Made by a program: the position numbers and the translations under genes
Shown: piece after piece, positions 29,583 to 39,564 of the stretch
Layout: every line of letters starts with the position of its first letter
Position numbering within the stretch: position 1 is the stretch's first letter
Origin: an uncultured Syntrophales bacterium
GTDB lineage: Bacteria > Desulfobacterota > Syntrophia > Syntrophales > JAAYKM01
Assembly: GCA_964411235.1 (NCBI GenBank)
Contig: CAYPKE010000003.1
Location: 1 to 39,564, forward strand
Reading direction: 5' to 3'
DNA: 39,564 nucleotides
Notes under the pieces: generated by a model
The model's input: only the letters and a program-made list of their open reading frames with translations
What the model was told of the DNA's origin: nothing
Database searches by the model: none

Positions 29583-32500
29583 TCAGCGGACTTGGTGCAT
29601 GTCCAGGATGGCCCGCACCTCTTGGGCCAGACGCTCCAGGTGAAAGGGTTTCTGAAGGAACCCGTGACAGCCGCGGTCCATGATTTCACGCGCCTCGCCG
29701 TTGATGCTGTAGCCGCTTGAGAGAAGAACCTTCTGGAGCGGGTTGATTTCACGAAGCAGATCAAAGGTTTCTCCTCCCGAGATGCCGGGCATGATCATGT
29801 CCAGGATGACCAGGTCGATCTCCTCCCTTTTTTCTTGGTAGACCGCCAGCGCCTCCTGCCCGCTGCCGGCACCGTAGACACGATAGCCCAGAAACGCCAG
29901 CATGTCTCTGGCGATTTCCCAGACCGCGGGTTCGTCATCCACCAAAAGGATGGTCTCCGTTCCTCTTGCCATTTCCGCCTTGATTTCCTCTTTCCGGACG
30001 ACAGGCTTTCCCGTTGCGGGCAGGTAGATTTCGAAGATTGTTCCATGGCCGGGTTCGCTCGTGGCGACGATCAATCCCTCGTGTCCCTTGATGATGCCGT
30101 AGACCGTAGCCAGGCCAAGGCCCGTCCCGCGTCCCATGCCTTTCGTCGTGAAGAAGGGGTCGAAAATCCGCTCCAGGGTCTGCTTATCCATTCCCGTCCC
30201 TGTATCCCCGACGGTGACTTTGACATATTTCCCCGGAGCGAGGGCTATCTGAAGAACCTCCGCATCGGTGATGTGGCAGTTGTCCGTCTCCAGAAAAATT
30301 TCACCGCCCCCGGGCATGGCATGCCAGGCATTGACATAGAGGTTCAGAAAAACCTGTTCCATCTGGCTCCGGTCAACCGCCACATTCCAGAGATCCTCAC
30401 GGAATTGCTTGTGCATGACGATTTCTTTCCTGGTTCGGCCGAACATGGCGGCGGTCTTCTCCACGAGGTCGTTCATGTTTGTTGACTTGACCTCATACCG
30501 GCCGCCCCGCGCGAATCCCAGGAGTTGGTCGGTCAGGTCGGAGGCGCTTCGTATCTGCTCTTCGATATGCTTCAGCCGGGTGTGGTGAGGATGGAAGGAA
30601 TCAAGGTCGTAGCGCATCAGGGAAACGTGACCCTGTATTCCCATAAGCAGGTTATTGAAATCATGCGCGATGCCTCCGGCAAGCGTGCCGATGGACTCCA
30701 GCTTCTGTGCCCGGTCAAGCTGTGCCTTGAGCTTTTCCCGCTCCTCTTCCATCCGTTTGCGTTCCGTAACGTCCGTAAAGACGACCACATTCAACTCGCC
30801 TGTGGTCGCGATGCGAAATTCGATCTGGCGCCATGCACCGTCCTTGCAAGTGACCGTATATTCCAGTGGTTTGATTTCGGAGCCGCTCTTCTGCGCATCA
30901 TCCACGGCTGCCTTCCACTCCCGGCGGATACGGTTGCGCACCGTTTCATCGGGGTAGGCCATGGGCCACCATGCCTCTGTGGACGGCATGTCCTCCAGGG
31001 TGTAACCGAACAGGTCGACAAACTTCTGGTTGAGATAGAGGACGTTCTCGCCATGATCGGAGATGACAATGCCGACCGGCGCGAGTTCGGCGAACAGACG
31101 GAAACGTTCTTCGCTCTTTTTCAGCTCCGCCTCCGCCAGTTTCCTTGCCGTTATATCCTCCAAGGTTCCCTCGTAATACAGGACCTTTCCCTTATCGTTC
31201 CTGACGGTACGCGCTGAGAGGGATGCCCAGATCACGGTGCGGTCCTTGCGAAGCAGCCGCGTCTCGAAGTTCTTGATGATGCCTTCCGATTCGATGATGC
31301 GCCTGAAGGTCTTTCTATCCGCGGGATTTTCATAGTGCTCATCGGCGACATTGGTAATCGTCTTCATGAGTTCCTGCGGGGAATCGAAACCGAGAAGCCG
31401 TGCCAGGGAGGGATTGGCCGAAAGGAAGCGTCCGTCCGGCGTGGTCTGAAAGACGCCTTCGACAGCGTTTTCAAATAGGGAGCGGTAGCGGTCCTCGCTT
31501 TCCCGGAGCGATGCGAGGGCCATTTCCTTTTGCAGTTCCGCCTTCTTGCGGTCCGTGATGTCACGAAGGGCGCCTGCCAAGCCTGCCGGGATGTTCTTTT
31601 CGTCGTAAATGATATGGGCCGACAGGGAGGCGATGGCTTTGGAGCCGTCGCGCCGGTTCAGAGTCAGCTCGTAATCCCTGACGTGGCCCTGATCCTTCAG
31701 TTTCGCAAGCAGGGCTGCCCGGTCTTCGGGGTCTTCATATACAATGTCGGCCGGCTGACCGATCAATTCCTCCGGGGTCCATCCCGACAAGCGATATACG
31801 GAAGGTGAAACCAGGGTAATGATCCCGTTGCGGTCCGTCTGATAATAGATATCTTCGAAAGACTCAAAAATAAGGCGGAATTTTCTCTCGCTGTCCCGCA
31901 GGCCGGCAACTTTCTGGTCCAATCGGCGTTTCAGCAGCAGCGCCATGCCGGCCAGGGAAACCAGCAGCAGGAAAGTGAAGAGGGCCGACAGCTTGAGCAT
32001 CCACACGGTTTGCGGGGACATGCCGAGATCCGCTTTCAGGGAGATCCACTGGTTGCGAATGCCGGTGAGTTCATCGTCCGGTATGTTGTTCAGGGCTTTC
32101 TCGACGGCGGTGAACAGTAGGGGATATTGCCTGCTTACCGCGATGCGGAAGGCGAAGGAGTAATCGGTTTTACCGGCCACACGCAGATTGGTGATTCCCT
32201 CCTGTTCGATGTAGTAGGCGGCAACGGCAAGATTTTCCACAAAAGCATCCAGTTGCCCGAAGGATACGTGGTGCAAACCTTCGACAACATTTGCCACGCC
32301 GATCACATGGTAGCCGTTGGCCGCCTGCCGGCCTCTCAGGTATGGTTCGGTGGCGTATCCGGAAACCACCCCCACGCGCTGTCCCCTCAGGTCGGCGAGC
32401 GTCATTTTTCCCGAGAAGGACCGGGAGGTGATGATGACGATGGGAACCGTGGCATAGAGTTTCGTGAAGAAAGCGTACTTTTCCCTTTCCCCGGTATGGA

Positions 32501-32966
32501 CAATCGTCGGGGCGATGGCGCATTCCCCGCTTTTGAGGGCTTCCAGGTGCCGATTCCAGTCTGTGGAGGGCTTCTTGTGAAAGGTGACGCTGAGCCGTTC
32601 CTCGATCATGCCGATGATGTCGGCACCCAAACCGACGAAGGCGCCGGATTCGGAGTTGAACTCGATGGGTGGAAATTCCGTGTTGAAAAAAAGCGTTAAC
32701 TTGTCGGGATTGTCGGTCAGCCAGGCGCGTTCGTCGGCGGTCAGGTTCGCGAGAGGTCGGGCCTCTGCAGTCAGCGGAAGGCATACCGCCACGAACAGGG
32801 TGAGCAGGGAGAGGAGCAGTCGGCAGGTTGCCGGCGGCGCGAAATGCCTGCGCCGGGGAGAACGGGTTGCACGAGGAAGGCACGATTCCGGGTTGCGGTA
32901 CGCCCCGGGAGATGCCATCCGGTGACCGTTGTGGCCTTGCCGTTTCGTCGTGTTTGTGATGCTCAT
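29583..32966 (-). CDS. Hybrid sensor kinase (periplasmic SBP family 3 - TM - 3 PAS - HisKA - HATPase - REC)
   Basis: LT..ERAWL, FPPIEF, G.G.D, three PAS/PAC units, [23 protein letters not shown]; AGGGAGG RBS. Confidence 0.93.
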   Translation of the reverse strand: MSITNTTKRQGHNGHRMASPGAYRNPESCLPRATRSPRRRHFAPPATCRLLLSLLTLFVAVCLPLTAEARPLANLTADERAWLTDNPDKLTLFFNTEFPPIEFNSESGAFVGLGADIIGMIEERLSVTFHKKPSTDWNRHLEALKSGECAIAPTIVHTGEREKYAFFTKLYATVPIVIITSRSFSGKMTLADLRGQRVGVVSGYATEPYLRGRQAANGYHVIGVANVVEGLHHVSFGQLDAFVENLAVAAYYIEQEGITNLRVAGKTDYSFAFRIAVSRQYPLLFTAVEKALNNIPDDELTGIRNQWISLKADLGMSPQTVWMLKLSALFTFLLLVSLAGMALLLKRRLDQKVAGLRDSERKFRLIFESFEDIYYQTDRNGIITLVSPSVYRLSGWTPEELIGQPADIVYEDPEDRAALLAKLKDQGHVRDYELTLNRRDGSKAIASLSAHIIYDEKNIPAGLAGALRDITDRKKAELQKEMALASLRESEDRYRSLFENAVEGVFQTTPDGRFLSANPSLARLLGFDSPQELMKTITNVADEHYENPADRKTFRRIIESEGIIKNFETRLLRKDRTVIWASLSARTVRNDKGKVLYYEGTLEDITARKLAEAELKKSEERFRLFAELAPVGIVISDHGENVLYLNQKFVDLFGYTLEDMPSTEAWWPMAYPDETVRNRIRREWKAAVDDAQKSGSEIKPLEYTVTCKDGAWRQIEFRIATTGELNVVVFTDVTERKRMEEEREKLKAQLDRAQKLESIGTLAGGIAHDFNNLLMGIQGHVSLMRYDLDSFHPHHTRLKHIEEQIRSASDLTDQLLGFARGGRYEVKSTNMNDLVEKTAAMFGRTRKEIVMHKQFREDLWNVAVDRSQMEQVFLNLYVNAWHAMPGGGEIFLETDNCHITDAEVLQIALAPGKYVKVTVGDTGTGMDKQTLERIFDPFFTTKGMGRGTGLGLATVYGIIKGHEGLIVATSEPGHGTIFEIYLPATGKPVVRKEEIKAEMARGTETILLVDDEPAVWEIARDMLAFLGYRVYGAGSGQEALAVYQEKREEIDLVILDMIMPGISGGETFDLLREINPLQKVLLSSGYSINGEAREIMDRGCHGFLQKPFHLERLAQEVRAILDMHQVR

Positions 32967-33025
32967 TCAACGCGCCCTCCCTGTTGCGCCTGTCCCCCGC
33001 GGGACGCGTGTTTCTTCTCCTGTGA

Positions 33026-33345
33026 TCAGGATCGTTTGTCCAGTTCTTTTCTGACGGCGGCACCCTGTTTCTCAAGGACATAAGGTTTTTTAGATAGGCG
33101 CCGCCCCCAGAGCCTGGGCGATCCTGACGCGCTCCGTGTCGGCAAAACCGCTGACGATAATGGTCCTCTGATGCGGATGAATTTCCAGGATATGCCGGTA
33201 GGTGTCCAGGCCGTCCATGCCGGGATCCATGATCATGTCCAGAACCACCAGGTCGGCGGCTTGACGCGCCGACTCCTGCCGGCGGATTCCCCCCCCGGAC
33301 CGTTTTTGACATGATGTTGACGGCAAAGAGCGGACAGGGTCTTCA
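33026..33345 (-). pseudogene. Frameshifted remnant of a kinase C-terminal receiver domain
   Basis: DLVVLDMIMDPGMDGLDTY...IIVSGF..AQALG. Restoring one G and one A yields AGAYLKKPYVLEKQGAAVRKELDKRS*. The 5' boundary is approximate. Confidence 0.8.
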
Positions 33346-33729
33346 TACACACGCTCCCTGCTCCGGAAAGAATATGACTGTTGTCCGCCAAGGTTACGGG
33401 CAACGCGTTATTTGAATGTACCATAGCATAATCTTTGTTGAAATACATCATGGAATAGCGAAACAGAGTAAAGGTAAGGGATGCCGGCAGAGAGATCAAG
33501 GATGGTCCGTGTCGGGGAAGCGAAGTCCCCGTGCAATTGATAGGGTGTTTCTCATGTCATCCGTCGATCCCCCGCCCGGAGTTTGATGAAGTAGGTTATT
33601 ATCAAAATCCGGATTCTGCGACATGCGGCAGAACTTTCCTGCACCCGGTACGCTTTTTTCAGCCGGGCGTGTCGTGACAGGAGGAAAATTTTTCCCGGAA
33701 AGGACCTTTCTCTTTCAGGGTGAAAAATA

Positions 33730-33742
33730 TAACAACATGATA
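33730..33742 (-). promoter_or_regulatory. Possible IHF site in an AT-rich patch
   Basis: TATCATGTTGTTA, one mismatch to WATCARNNNNTTR, 30 bp upstream of a sigma54 promoter. Confidence 0.35.
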
Positions 33743-33771
33743 TCATTAATAAATAAACGTCGCAATAGGGG

Positions 33772-33787
33772 TGGCACAGCTCTTGCT
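33772..33787 (+). promoter_or_regulatory. Sigma54 promoter for fliK-flgD-flgE
   Basis: TGGCACAGCTCTTGCT, a perfect TGGCAC-N5-TTGC. Confidence 0.9.
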
Positions 33788-33821
33788 GATTCCTGAACAA
33801 AACGACACGAAAGGGAATCAG

Positions 33822-35639
33822 ATGATCAAAACGGCCCTGCAAAATACCGGCAAAATGAATGCCGTCTCCCTTTTTCCTGCTATGGGAAAAGAGTGGGGCC
33901 TGAAAAGCCCGTCAGGGTCTGGCGACAATGTCTCCGGTCAGGGGTCAACGCCTTTTTCCATCCTTTTTGCCCGTGTAATTCAGCAGGGTCTCGCAAAACA
34001 GGGCCTCCCGGGGCTCGCCGCCGGAATGGTTTCCCCGGCAGAGGGCGTTTCCGGTTTGATAAAAGCCGGGATTGGAGAAGGGGAGGCTCTTTTTCCGCTG
34101 TTGGCGGCGGGGGCTGATGAAGGCGATTCCGGTGTGCCGCTTCTGCCCGGGTCCATCAATGATCTGCTTTCCCTGTTTTCCGTCAATGGTGAAATGAGTG
34201 GAGAGCCGGGGCAGGAAATGGTCGCTCTGGAGGTGAATTTAGGCTTTTTGCTGGAGGCGTTTCAGGCGGAGAAACTTTCCGGAGAAGACCCCGCCCTTGG
34301 CGGGGATCCGGTTCTTTCGGAATTGAAGTCCTTTATCCGGACGATGGCACAGGCATTTGGAACACAGGACGTGCATTCAGGACCGCGGCAGGCGATTGCA
34401 TCGGATACGGGATCACCGGGTGCGATTGCAGCGGCGACGTCCGATGTGGCCGAAACGGCACGTCATCTGATCCGTCAGCTCCTGCTCATGCCGGATGGTC
34501 AGGCTTCTACAGGAACGGATTCGCCTCAGAAGGGATGGCTGGTTTTGCCGAAGGCCATGCTTGCGAATGTGCTTAATGAAGGAAGCCAGCAGATGCTGCC
34601 GGTATCTCATGGAACGGGGAATGATCAGCCTCTTCAGGCGATTGCCTCTCGGGGTGAGCCCCTCGGTGCAGGGCAGACGCTGCCCTTGATTGTCCTCGAC
34701 GAGAGCGGGAAGCAAATCCGTTTCCAGCTGGTTCGCCTCGAGGCCCAGGCGACAACGACGCCGGGAGCCGCCCTTGCCGCGGCGTTGGGGACACAAAAGG
34801 CCGACCGGACCGGGGGAGCGCGCTCCGCAGAGGTCCATGCCGCGGGGACGGAAGGAAAGGACTCCTCTCCTGTCAGTGCCTCCCGGGGGGAACCGTCGGT
34901 CAGGGGTGAGGGGGAAAGACCGGCACGCGAAGGATTGTTCAATCCGCTGCCTGGCGGAACTTTGGTCAAAGGATCGGCTCCGGAGGGGGCGGATTCCCGG
35001 CAGACCCCCTTGACAGGGGATGCGGACGGTGAAGGTGCGGAAAGAGCAGCCGTCAAGATCGCGGAGAACGGAAAAGAGGCGCTTCGCTTTCGCGAGGAGG
35101 CGGGAAAGGTCTTGCAGGCCGTGACAGGCAAAGAGGTGATTCAGGGCGCGTCGCCGGCCGGAGCGGCTGCCTCTCAGCTTGCCTCCGCGGCGGCGGCGAT
35201 GCCGAAAGGCGTTTTCATTCCCATGGACCGGCTGGCGCAGAAGGCCGCCGAAGCCCTGACGAACCGGGCGGGGAAAGTTCAGATGACGCTTCAGCCGCCG
35301 AGCCTGGGCACCATCACGATGGATGTCGTCGTTCAGAAAAACCGGGTGGAACTGGTTTTAACGGCCAATCGGGCCGATGTCCAGCAGATGCTCCAGACCC
35401 ACGCCGATCAGCTTCGCGTGGCCCTTACAAATCAGGGTTTTGAGATCGACCAGATGTCCGTTCTCCTGAAGCGGGAAGGGTTTGCTTTCCATTCCGGAGG
35501 CGGCAATTCCTGGCAGGAAGGCACGGCACAACATGCAGGCAAGGCAAACGGCACCGGAGGGGAGCCGGATGACACGCCGGTGGCCCCGGAGGTTTTTCGG
35601 CGGGATAATGACGGCGTGACCATCAGTATCTTTGCCTGA
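33822..35639 (+). CDS. fliK: Hook-length control protein FliK
   Basis: Low-complexity N-terminus; C-terminal T3S4-like MTLQPPSLGTI...LR.AL..QG; upstream of flgD. Start placed downstream of the promoter. Confidence 0.9.
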   Translation: MIKTALQNTGKMNAVSLFPAMGKEWGLKSPSGSGDNVSGQGSTPFSILFARVIQQGLAKQGLPGLAAGMVSPAEGVSGLIKAGIGEGEALFPLLAAGADEGDSGVPLLPGSINDLLSLFSVNGEMSGEPGQEMVALEVNLGFLLEAFQAEKLSGEDPALGGDPVLSELKSFIRTMAQAFGTQDVHSGPRQAIASDTGSPGAIAAATSDVAETARHLIRQLLLMPDGQASTGTDSPQKGWLVLPKAMLANVLNEGSQQMLPVSHGTGNDQPLQAIASRGEPLGAGQTLPLIVLDESGKQIRFQLVRLEAQATTTPGAALAAALGTQKADRTGGARSAEVHAAGTEGKDSSPVSASRGEPSVRGEGERPAREGLFNPLPGGTLVKGSAPEGADSRQTPLTGDADGEGAERAAVKIAENGKEALRFREEAGKVLQAVTGKEVIQGASPAGAAASQLASAAAAMPKGVFIPMDRLAQKAAEALTNRAGKVQMTLQPPSLGTITMDVVVQKNRVELVLTANRADVQQMLQTHADQLRVALTNQGFEIDQMSVLLKREGFAFHSGGGNSWQEGTAQHAGKANGTGGEPDDTPVAPEVFRRDNDGVTISIFA

Positions 35640-35666
35640 TCAAGGCAAGCAAGGAAGGTGTGAACA

Positions 35667-36317
35667 ATGGCGACCATCGACAACACGATAAACGGTGTGA
35701 CGACACAGCAGACACAGACAGCCAAGGCTACGACCAAGAGCATGGGGAAGGATGATTTCCTCAGAATGCTGGTCGCCCAATTGAAAAATCAGGATCCGCT
35801 GAAGCCGATGGACGGGACGGAATTCGCCGCACAGCTGGCTCAGTTTTCCAGCCTTGAACAGCTGACCAACATGAACTCGCAACTTCAGAATCTGGGGCTC
35901 TACCAGGCAACGATGAACAACGCCCAGGCGGTCAATCTCCTCGGTAAGGAGGTGACCGTAAATACGGGGAACACGGTTCAAATGGCGGGTGAAACGGCAA
36001 GCATCCATTACCGACTGCCGAAAGCCGCCGAACAGGTTACCATCCGCATTCTGGATGCATCGGGAAATGAGGTGGACCGGATCGAGGCGGGCAAACAGGG
36101 AACGGGTCTCCAGAACGTTACCTGGAGCAGGGGCAGCCATAGTCCGGGAATGTATTCGTATGAGGTGAATGCCTTCGATGCCGCCGGCGAGGCCGTTCCG
36201 GTGGAGAGGATGATGACGGGGAAGGTCACGGCGGTACAATACAAGGACAACGCCATTTATCTGACGGTAAACAATCAGGAGATCGGTTTCGGTGAGGTGG
36301 TTTCCGTCAAAAGTTAA
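35667..36317 (+). CDS. flgD: Hook capping protein FlgD
   Basis: [36 protein letters not shown]. Confidence 0.97.
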   Translation: MATIDNTINGVTTQQTQTAKATTKSMGKDDFLRMLVAQLKNQDPLKPMDGTEFAAQLAQFSSLEQLTNMNSQLQNLGLYQATMNNAQAVNLLGKEVTVNTGNTVQMAGETASIHYRLPKAAEQVTIRILDASGNEVDRIEAGKQGTGLQNVTWSRGSHSPGMYSYEVNAFDAAGEAVPVERMMTGKVTAVQYKDNAIYLTVNNQEIGFGEVVSVKS

Positions 36318-36369
36318 ACCAGAGGAAAGAATCTTTAATCCATAAACATATTCAAACAGGAGGTTCGAG

Positions 36370-37914
36370 ATGTCGAGTGCATTGTGGATCGGAACAACGG
36401 GTTTGGCGGCAAGCTCAAAACAGATGGATGTGATTGGGAACAATCTGGCCAACTCCAATACCCTGGGGTTCAAGGCCGCCAACACCTATTTCGCCAGTAT
36501 GCTCAACCAGAGTCTTTCCGGCGGATCGAGCGGCACCATGCAAGTCGGCCAGGGCGTAACCATTTCGGAGGTGGCGACCCAGTTCAGCCAGGGTTCATTC
36601 GAAACGACAGGCAACGCGACCGATCTGGCCATCGACGGTGAAGGGTTCTTTATCGTCCAAGATGCGGAGGGGGCCCAATATTTCACCCGTGCCGGGGCAT
36701 TCCGGATCAACGCAGAGGGTTACCTGGTCGATGTCAACAATTACCGTGTTCAGGGATTCAATCTTTACGTTCCCGGGCAGGAAGATGAACAGGCCGACAT
36801 CAGCCTCCAGAATGTCCAGTCCGCTCCCCGGGCGACGACGGAGTTCGCTGTCGCCGCCAACCTGGATGACGCCGCCGCGGCGGGTGAAAAATTCAGCATC
36901 ACCCAGACCGTCTTCGATTCCAAAGGGCAGGCCCATAACCTGAGCGTCCAGTTCATGAGGACGGAGGGCAACGGCATGTGGGGATTTGAGGCGACCCTCG
37001 ACTCGACCAACATCAGTACGGGTCAGGCGTACAGCGGCGTGAAGTTTGATGAAAACGGCAATCTCTCGGCCATGTACACGGCCAGCCTGGCCAACGCCAC
37101 GGCAACCACGGCCGGTGACGGGACGATGACGGCCGCGGTCGACAAAGTCGGCCAGCTTTATAAGGCTACGGCGTCGGATATCGTCCTGACGCGAGGTTTG
37201 ACGGATCAGTCATGGACCGTCACCAGTCATGGAGGCTATGAAAATGCGGTGGTTGTTCTGGCCACAGCGGATGCCGTTTCCCTGGACCTGGACGGCATGG
37301 GCGGGGCCGATATAACCTTTAACCTGGTTGACACCTGGGCCGACGGGGATACGATCTCTTTCGGCATTGCCCAAACCGAAGCGCCCCTCACCGATGTTCT
37401 GCTGACCTTCGGTACCTTGAGCAACGGCGCCACCATCGGAGACCAGAGCAGCGGTACGAACCAGATCAACTGGAACCTGGTCGGTGCGGGATCCCAGAGA
37501 ATCACGGGCTATGCCAGTCCTTCCGTGATTAAGACCCTGTCCTCCGACGGGTACAGCTCCGGTGTTCTGAAGGCGCTTTCCGTGAGCAAGGATGGCGTGA
37601 TCAACGGTTTCTTTACCAACGGGCAGAGCGCGGAACTGGGACAGATCATGCTGGCCATGTTCCCCGATATCACCCAGCTGCAGAAATCCGGCAATTACTT
37701 CATCCAGACCGCGAATTCGGGCGAGGCGATCAAGAACCGGCCCGGTTCCGGAGGATTGGGGCAGATCATGTCGAATTCCCTGGAGATTTCAAACACCGAT
37801 GTGGCCAAGGAGTTCATCAACATGATCAGCGCCCAGCGGGCCTACCAGGCCAATGCCCGGGTTATCACGACGGCGGATCAGCTCCTGAGCGAGCTCATGA
37901 ATATCAAGCGATAG
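36370..37914 (+). CDS. flgE: Hook protein FlgE
   Basis: VIGNNLAN.NT.GFK, QGSFETTG..TDLAIDGEGFF, LE.SN.D...E...MI.AQRAYQAN. Confidence 0.96.
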   Translation: MSSALWIGTTGLAASSKQMDVIGNNLANSNTLGFKAANTYFASMLNQSLSGGSSGTMQVGQGVTISEVATQFSQGSFETTGNATDLAIDGEGFFIVQDAEGAQYFTRAGAFRINAEGYLVDVNNYRVQGFNLYVPGQEDEQADISLQNVQSAPRATTEFAVAANLDDAAAAGEKFSITQTVFDSKGQAHNLSVQFMRTEGNGMWGFEATLDSTNISTGQAYSGVKFDENGNLSAMYTASLANATATTAGDGTMTAAVDKVGQLYKATASDIVLTRGLTDQSWTVTSHGGYENAVVVLATADAVSLDLDGMGGADITFNLVDTWADGDTISFGIAQTEAPLTDVLLTFGTLSNGATIGDQSSGTNQINWNLVGAGSQRITGYASPSVIKTLSSDGYSSGVLKALSVSKDGVINGFFTNGQSAELGQIMLAMFPDITQLQKSGNYFIQTANSGEAIKNRPGSGGLGQIMSNSLEISNTDVAKEFINMISAQRAYQANARVITTADQLLSELMNIKR

Positions 37915-37926
37915 ATGCTTCCTGTG

Positions 37927-37966
37927 CAGCATTCCCCCGGCAACTCTTGAGGACGGGGGAATGCTG
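37927..37966 (+). terminator. Strong hairpin after flgE (probable terminator or stabiliser)
   Basis: CAGCATTCCCCCG-N14-CGGGGGAATGCTG, a perfect 13-bp stem without a clean U tract. Confidence 0.6.
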
Positions 37967-37968
37967 AC

Positions 37969-37982
37969 GTCAAATAATTGAC
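37969..37982. promoter_or_regulatory. FleQ-type enhancer box
   Basis: GTCAAATAATTGAC, about 175 bp upstream of a sigma54 promoter. Confidence 0.6.
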
Positions 37983-38154
37983 CCTTTGCCGGTAACAAAG
38001 CCCGTTTTTCCTGCCCGCAAGACCTCTCCCTCTTTGTTGCCGTGCGGACCAGCAAGAATCTCACGAACAGCTTGGCGCTGCAACAATCTGTCCTGCCCGG
38101 CGTTTTTCCAAATCGCGCACCACGCCGTCTTTTCCCTGAATAAGCAGAAATTCA

Positions 38155-38170
38155 TGGTATGTTCCTTGCT
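38155..38170 (+). promoter_or_regulatory. Sigma54 promoter for the second stator operon
   Basis: TGGTATGTTCCTTGCT (GG-N10-GC). Confidence 0.78.
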
Positions 38171-38220
38171 AGAAATTGGCTGTAACGAACTTGGAGGGGT
38201 CTGCGGACCCGGGGGTCATT

Positions 38221-38982
38221 GTGGACATTGCGACGATTATTGGGATTATCGGCGGGTTTACCCTCGTCATCACAGCCATGGGCTGGGGGGGCGGCCTGTC
38301 CTGGTTTTTTGACCTGCCCTCGGCCATGATTGTCCTCGGGGGCACGTTCGGGGCGGTGCTGATCAACTATCCCCTTTCCACCGTTTTTAAGGTCATTCCT
38401 GCGGCGAAAAACATTTTCTTCAAACGGGAGACGGAGGTTCAGGATGTGATCAACCTGTTTGTCGAGATGTCCGGCATCACCCGTAGGGAGGGACTGCTGG
38501 CCCTGGAGCGGATGGAGGAGAAAATCAAGGATCCCTTTCTGTCGAAGGCCGTAGGACTGGTCCTGGACGGGGTCGACCCCACGGATGTGGAAATTATCCT
38601 GGAGACGGAAATCCAGTCGGTGGCCGAACGCCACCGGATCGGGGCGGAGATTTTCACGACCATGGGAAACTTTGCACCGGCCATGGGCCTGATGGGTACC
38701 CTGATCGGTCTGGTGAAAATGCTGATGCAGATGAGCGATCCCTCCATGATAGGGCCCTCCATGTCTCTGGCCCTGATCACCACGTTCTACGGTGTTATCC
38801 TGGCCAACCTCATTTTTCTGCCCATTGCGGGGAAACTGAAAACCCAGAGCAGTCATGAGCTCTTTATCAAATACTTGGTCATGAACGGGACGCTGGCCAT
38901 GCAGTCGGGAGAACACCCCCGGATGGTGAAGCAGAAGTTGCTGTCCTTTGTGGCGCCAAGAGAAAGGGGGGTGGCGTTTTGA
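38221..38982 (+). CDS. motA: Stator A subunit of the PomA/MotP type
   Basis: GTG start gives MDIATIIG; RREGLLALE, APAMGLMGTLIGLV.ML, IGPSM..ALITTFYG. Confidence 0.93.
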   Translation: MDIATIIGIIGGFTLVITAMGWGGGLSWFFDLPSAMIVLGGTFGAVLINYPLSTVFKVIPAAKNIFFKRETEVQDVINLFVEMSGITRREGLLALERMEEKIKDPFLSKAVGLVLDGVDPTDVEIILETEIQSVAERHRIGAEIFTTMGNFAPAMGLMGTLIGLVKMLMQMSDPSMIGPSMSLALITTFYGVILANLIFLPIAGKLKTQSSHELFIKYLVMNGTLAMQSGEHPRMVKQKLLSFVAPRERGVAF

Positions 38983-39564
38983 GACCGAAGATTCCGTGGC
39001 GCAGACAATTTCAGGATGTTCCCGTGGCCAACTGGAAGATCATTTACTGCTCTTTTGCCCTGATCCTCGTGGTCTTTTTTGCCATGATGGTGTCCTACTC
39101 CATTGTTTCCGGTAAAGGCATGACCTCGATCCGCAAGCATTTCAGCCGCGGGTCCTCCCTGCACGCGCCGGGGATTTCCATGCAGCCCCTGACGGGGATC
39201 GAATCGGAGCAGCCGGGGGATGCGCCCGCGATTGTCCTGCAGGACGCCAAAGCCCGGTTCGGCCTTGGCGAAATGGTGAGCGTGATGCTCGAATCCGGAG
39301 GGATCGATATTATCATGAAAGATCATGTCCTTTTCGCGGGAGGAGCGACGGAGATACAAAAGGGCATTCACCCCTACCTGAATGTCATCGGTGATGTGGC
39401 GGCCCGTAACGGTCTGCATGTCCAGGTCAAGGTCCGTTCGGCCGTGCCGCCGGGAACAGACATGGCGGATCGCGCAGCCTGGGAGCGCTCCGCCCGGCGG
39501 GCTGTGAATATGGTGCGGGATTTCCTGGCCGATGGGCGGCTAAGACCCGACCAGGGGAGTGCCG
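38979..39564 (+). CDS. Divergent MotB/PomB-like protein, 3'-truncated and absent from the ORF track
   Basis: TTG overlaps the motA stop and the frame is open to the window end. Manual translation gives NWKIIYCSFALILVVFFAMMVSYS, VLFAGG, AWERSARRAVNMV. Confidence 0.85.
   Translation, partial: MRPKIPWRRQFQDVPVANWKIIYCSFALILVVFFAMMVSYSIVSGKGMTSIRKHFSRGSSLHAPGISMQPLTGIESEQPGDAPAIVLQDAKARFGLGEMVSVMLESGGIDIIMKDHVLFAGGATEIQKGIHPYLNVIGDVAARNGLHVQVKVRSAVPPGTDMADRAAWERSARRAVNMVRDFLADGRLRPDQGSA

Noticed and set aside
32170-33312. 380-aa minus-strand ORF
   Set aside because: It is an alternative frame of the hybrid kinase, Arg/Pro-rich. Only the short GAYLK piece belongs to the receiver pseudogene.
33771-33821. 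Longer ORF-track starts for fliK (33771) and second motA (38176)
   Set aside because: They overlap or sit just after the sigma54 promoters, upstream of the expected TSS. Downstream starts fit better.

Overview
This window is part of a GC-rich flagellar and chemotaxis supercluster. Gene content and order suggest a Desulfobacterota/deltaproteobacterial organism, possibly Syntrophales (inference). It begins with a 5'-truncated MCP, an HDOD gene, a sensor-less hybrid kinase and a FleQ/FlrA-like sigma54 activator (minus strand). Next come cheW, a small HTH gene and a che operon (cheR, cheD, HDOD, cheY-like, cheX-like, cheD, cheB, cheA, cheY, cheX). A convergent pilZ-motA-motB operon is followed by a SPOR-TPR gene, flrB/flrC-like genes and flgBC-fliEFGHIJ-motE-like. 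An inserted SBP-PAS hybrid kinase with a decayed receiver remnant then precedes fliK-flgD-flgE and a second PomA/MotP-type motA with a MotB-like ORF that runs off the end. Six sigma54 promoters, one sigma28 promoter and three FleQ-type GTC-N8-GAC boxes can be read from the DNA. The most notable points are: (1) the second MotB lacks both the ion-binding Asp and the GHTD peptidoglycan-binding motif; (2) CheA has a MshEN-like c-di-GMP-binding tandem motif where P2 normally sits; (3) a PilZ gene is translationally coupled to the H+-type stator; (4) the FlrB-like kinase has degenerate ATP-binding boxes. Together these suggest a dual-stator motility system with c-di-GMP input at several levels. All calls are from motif reading only; no database searches were run.
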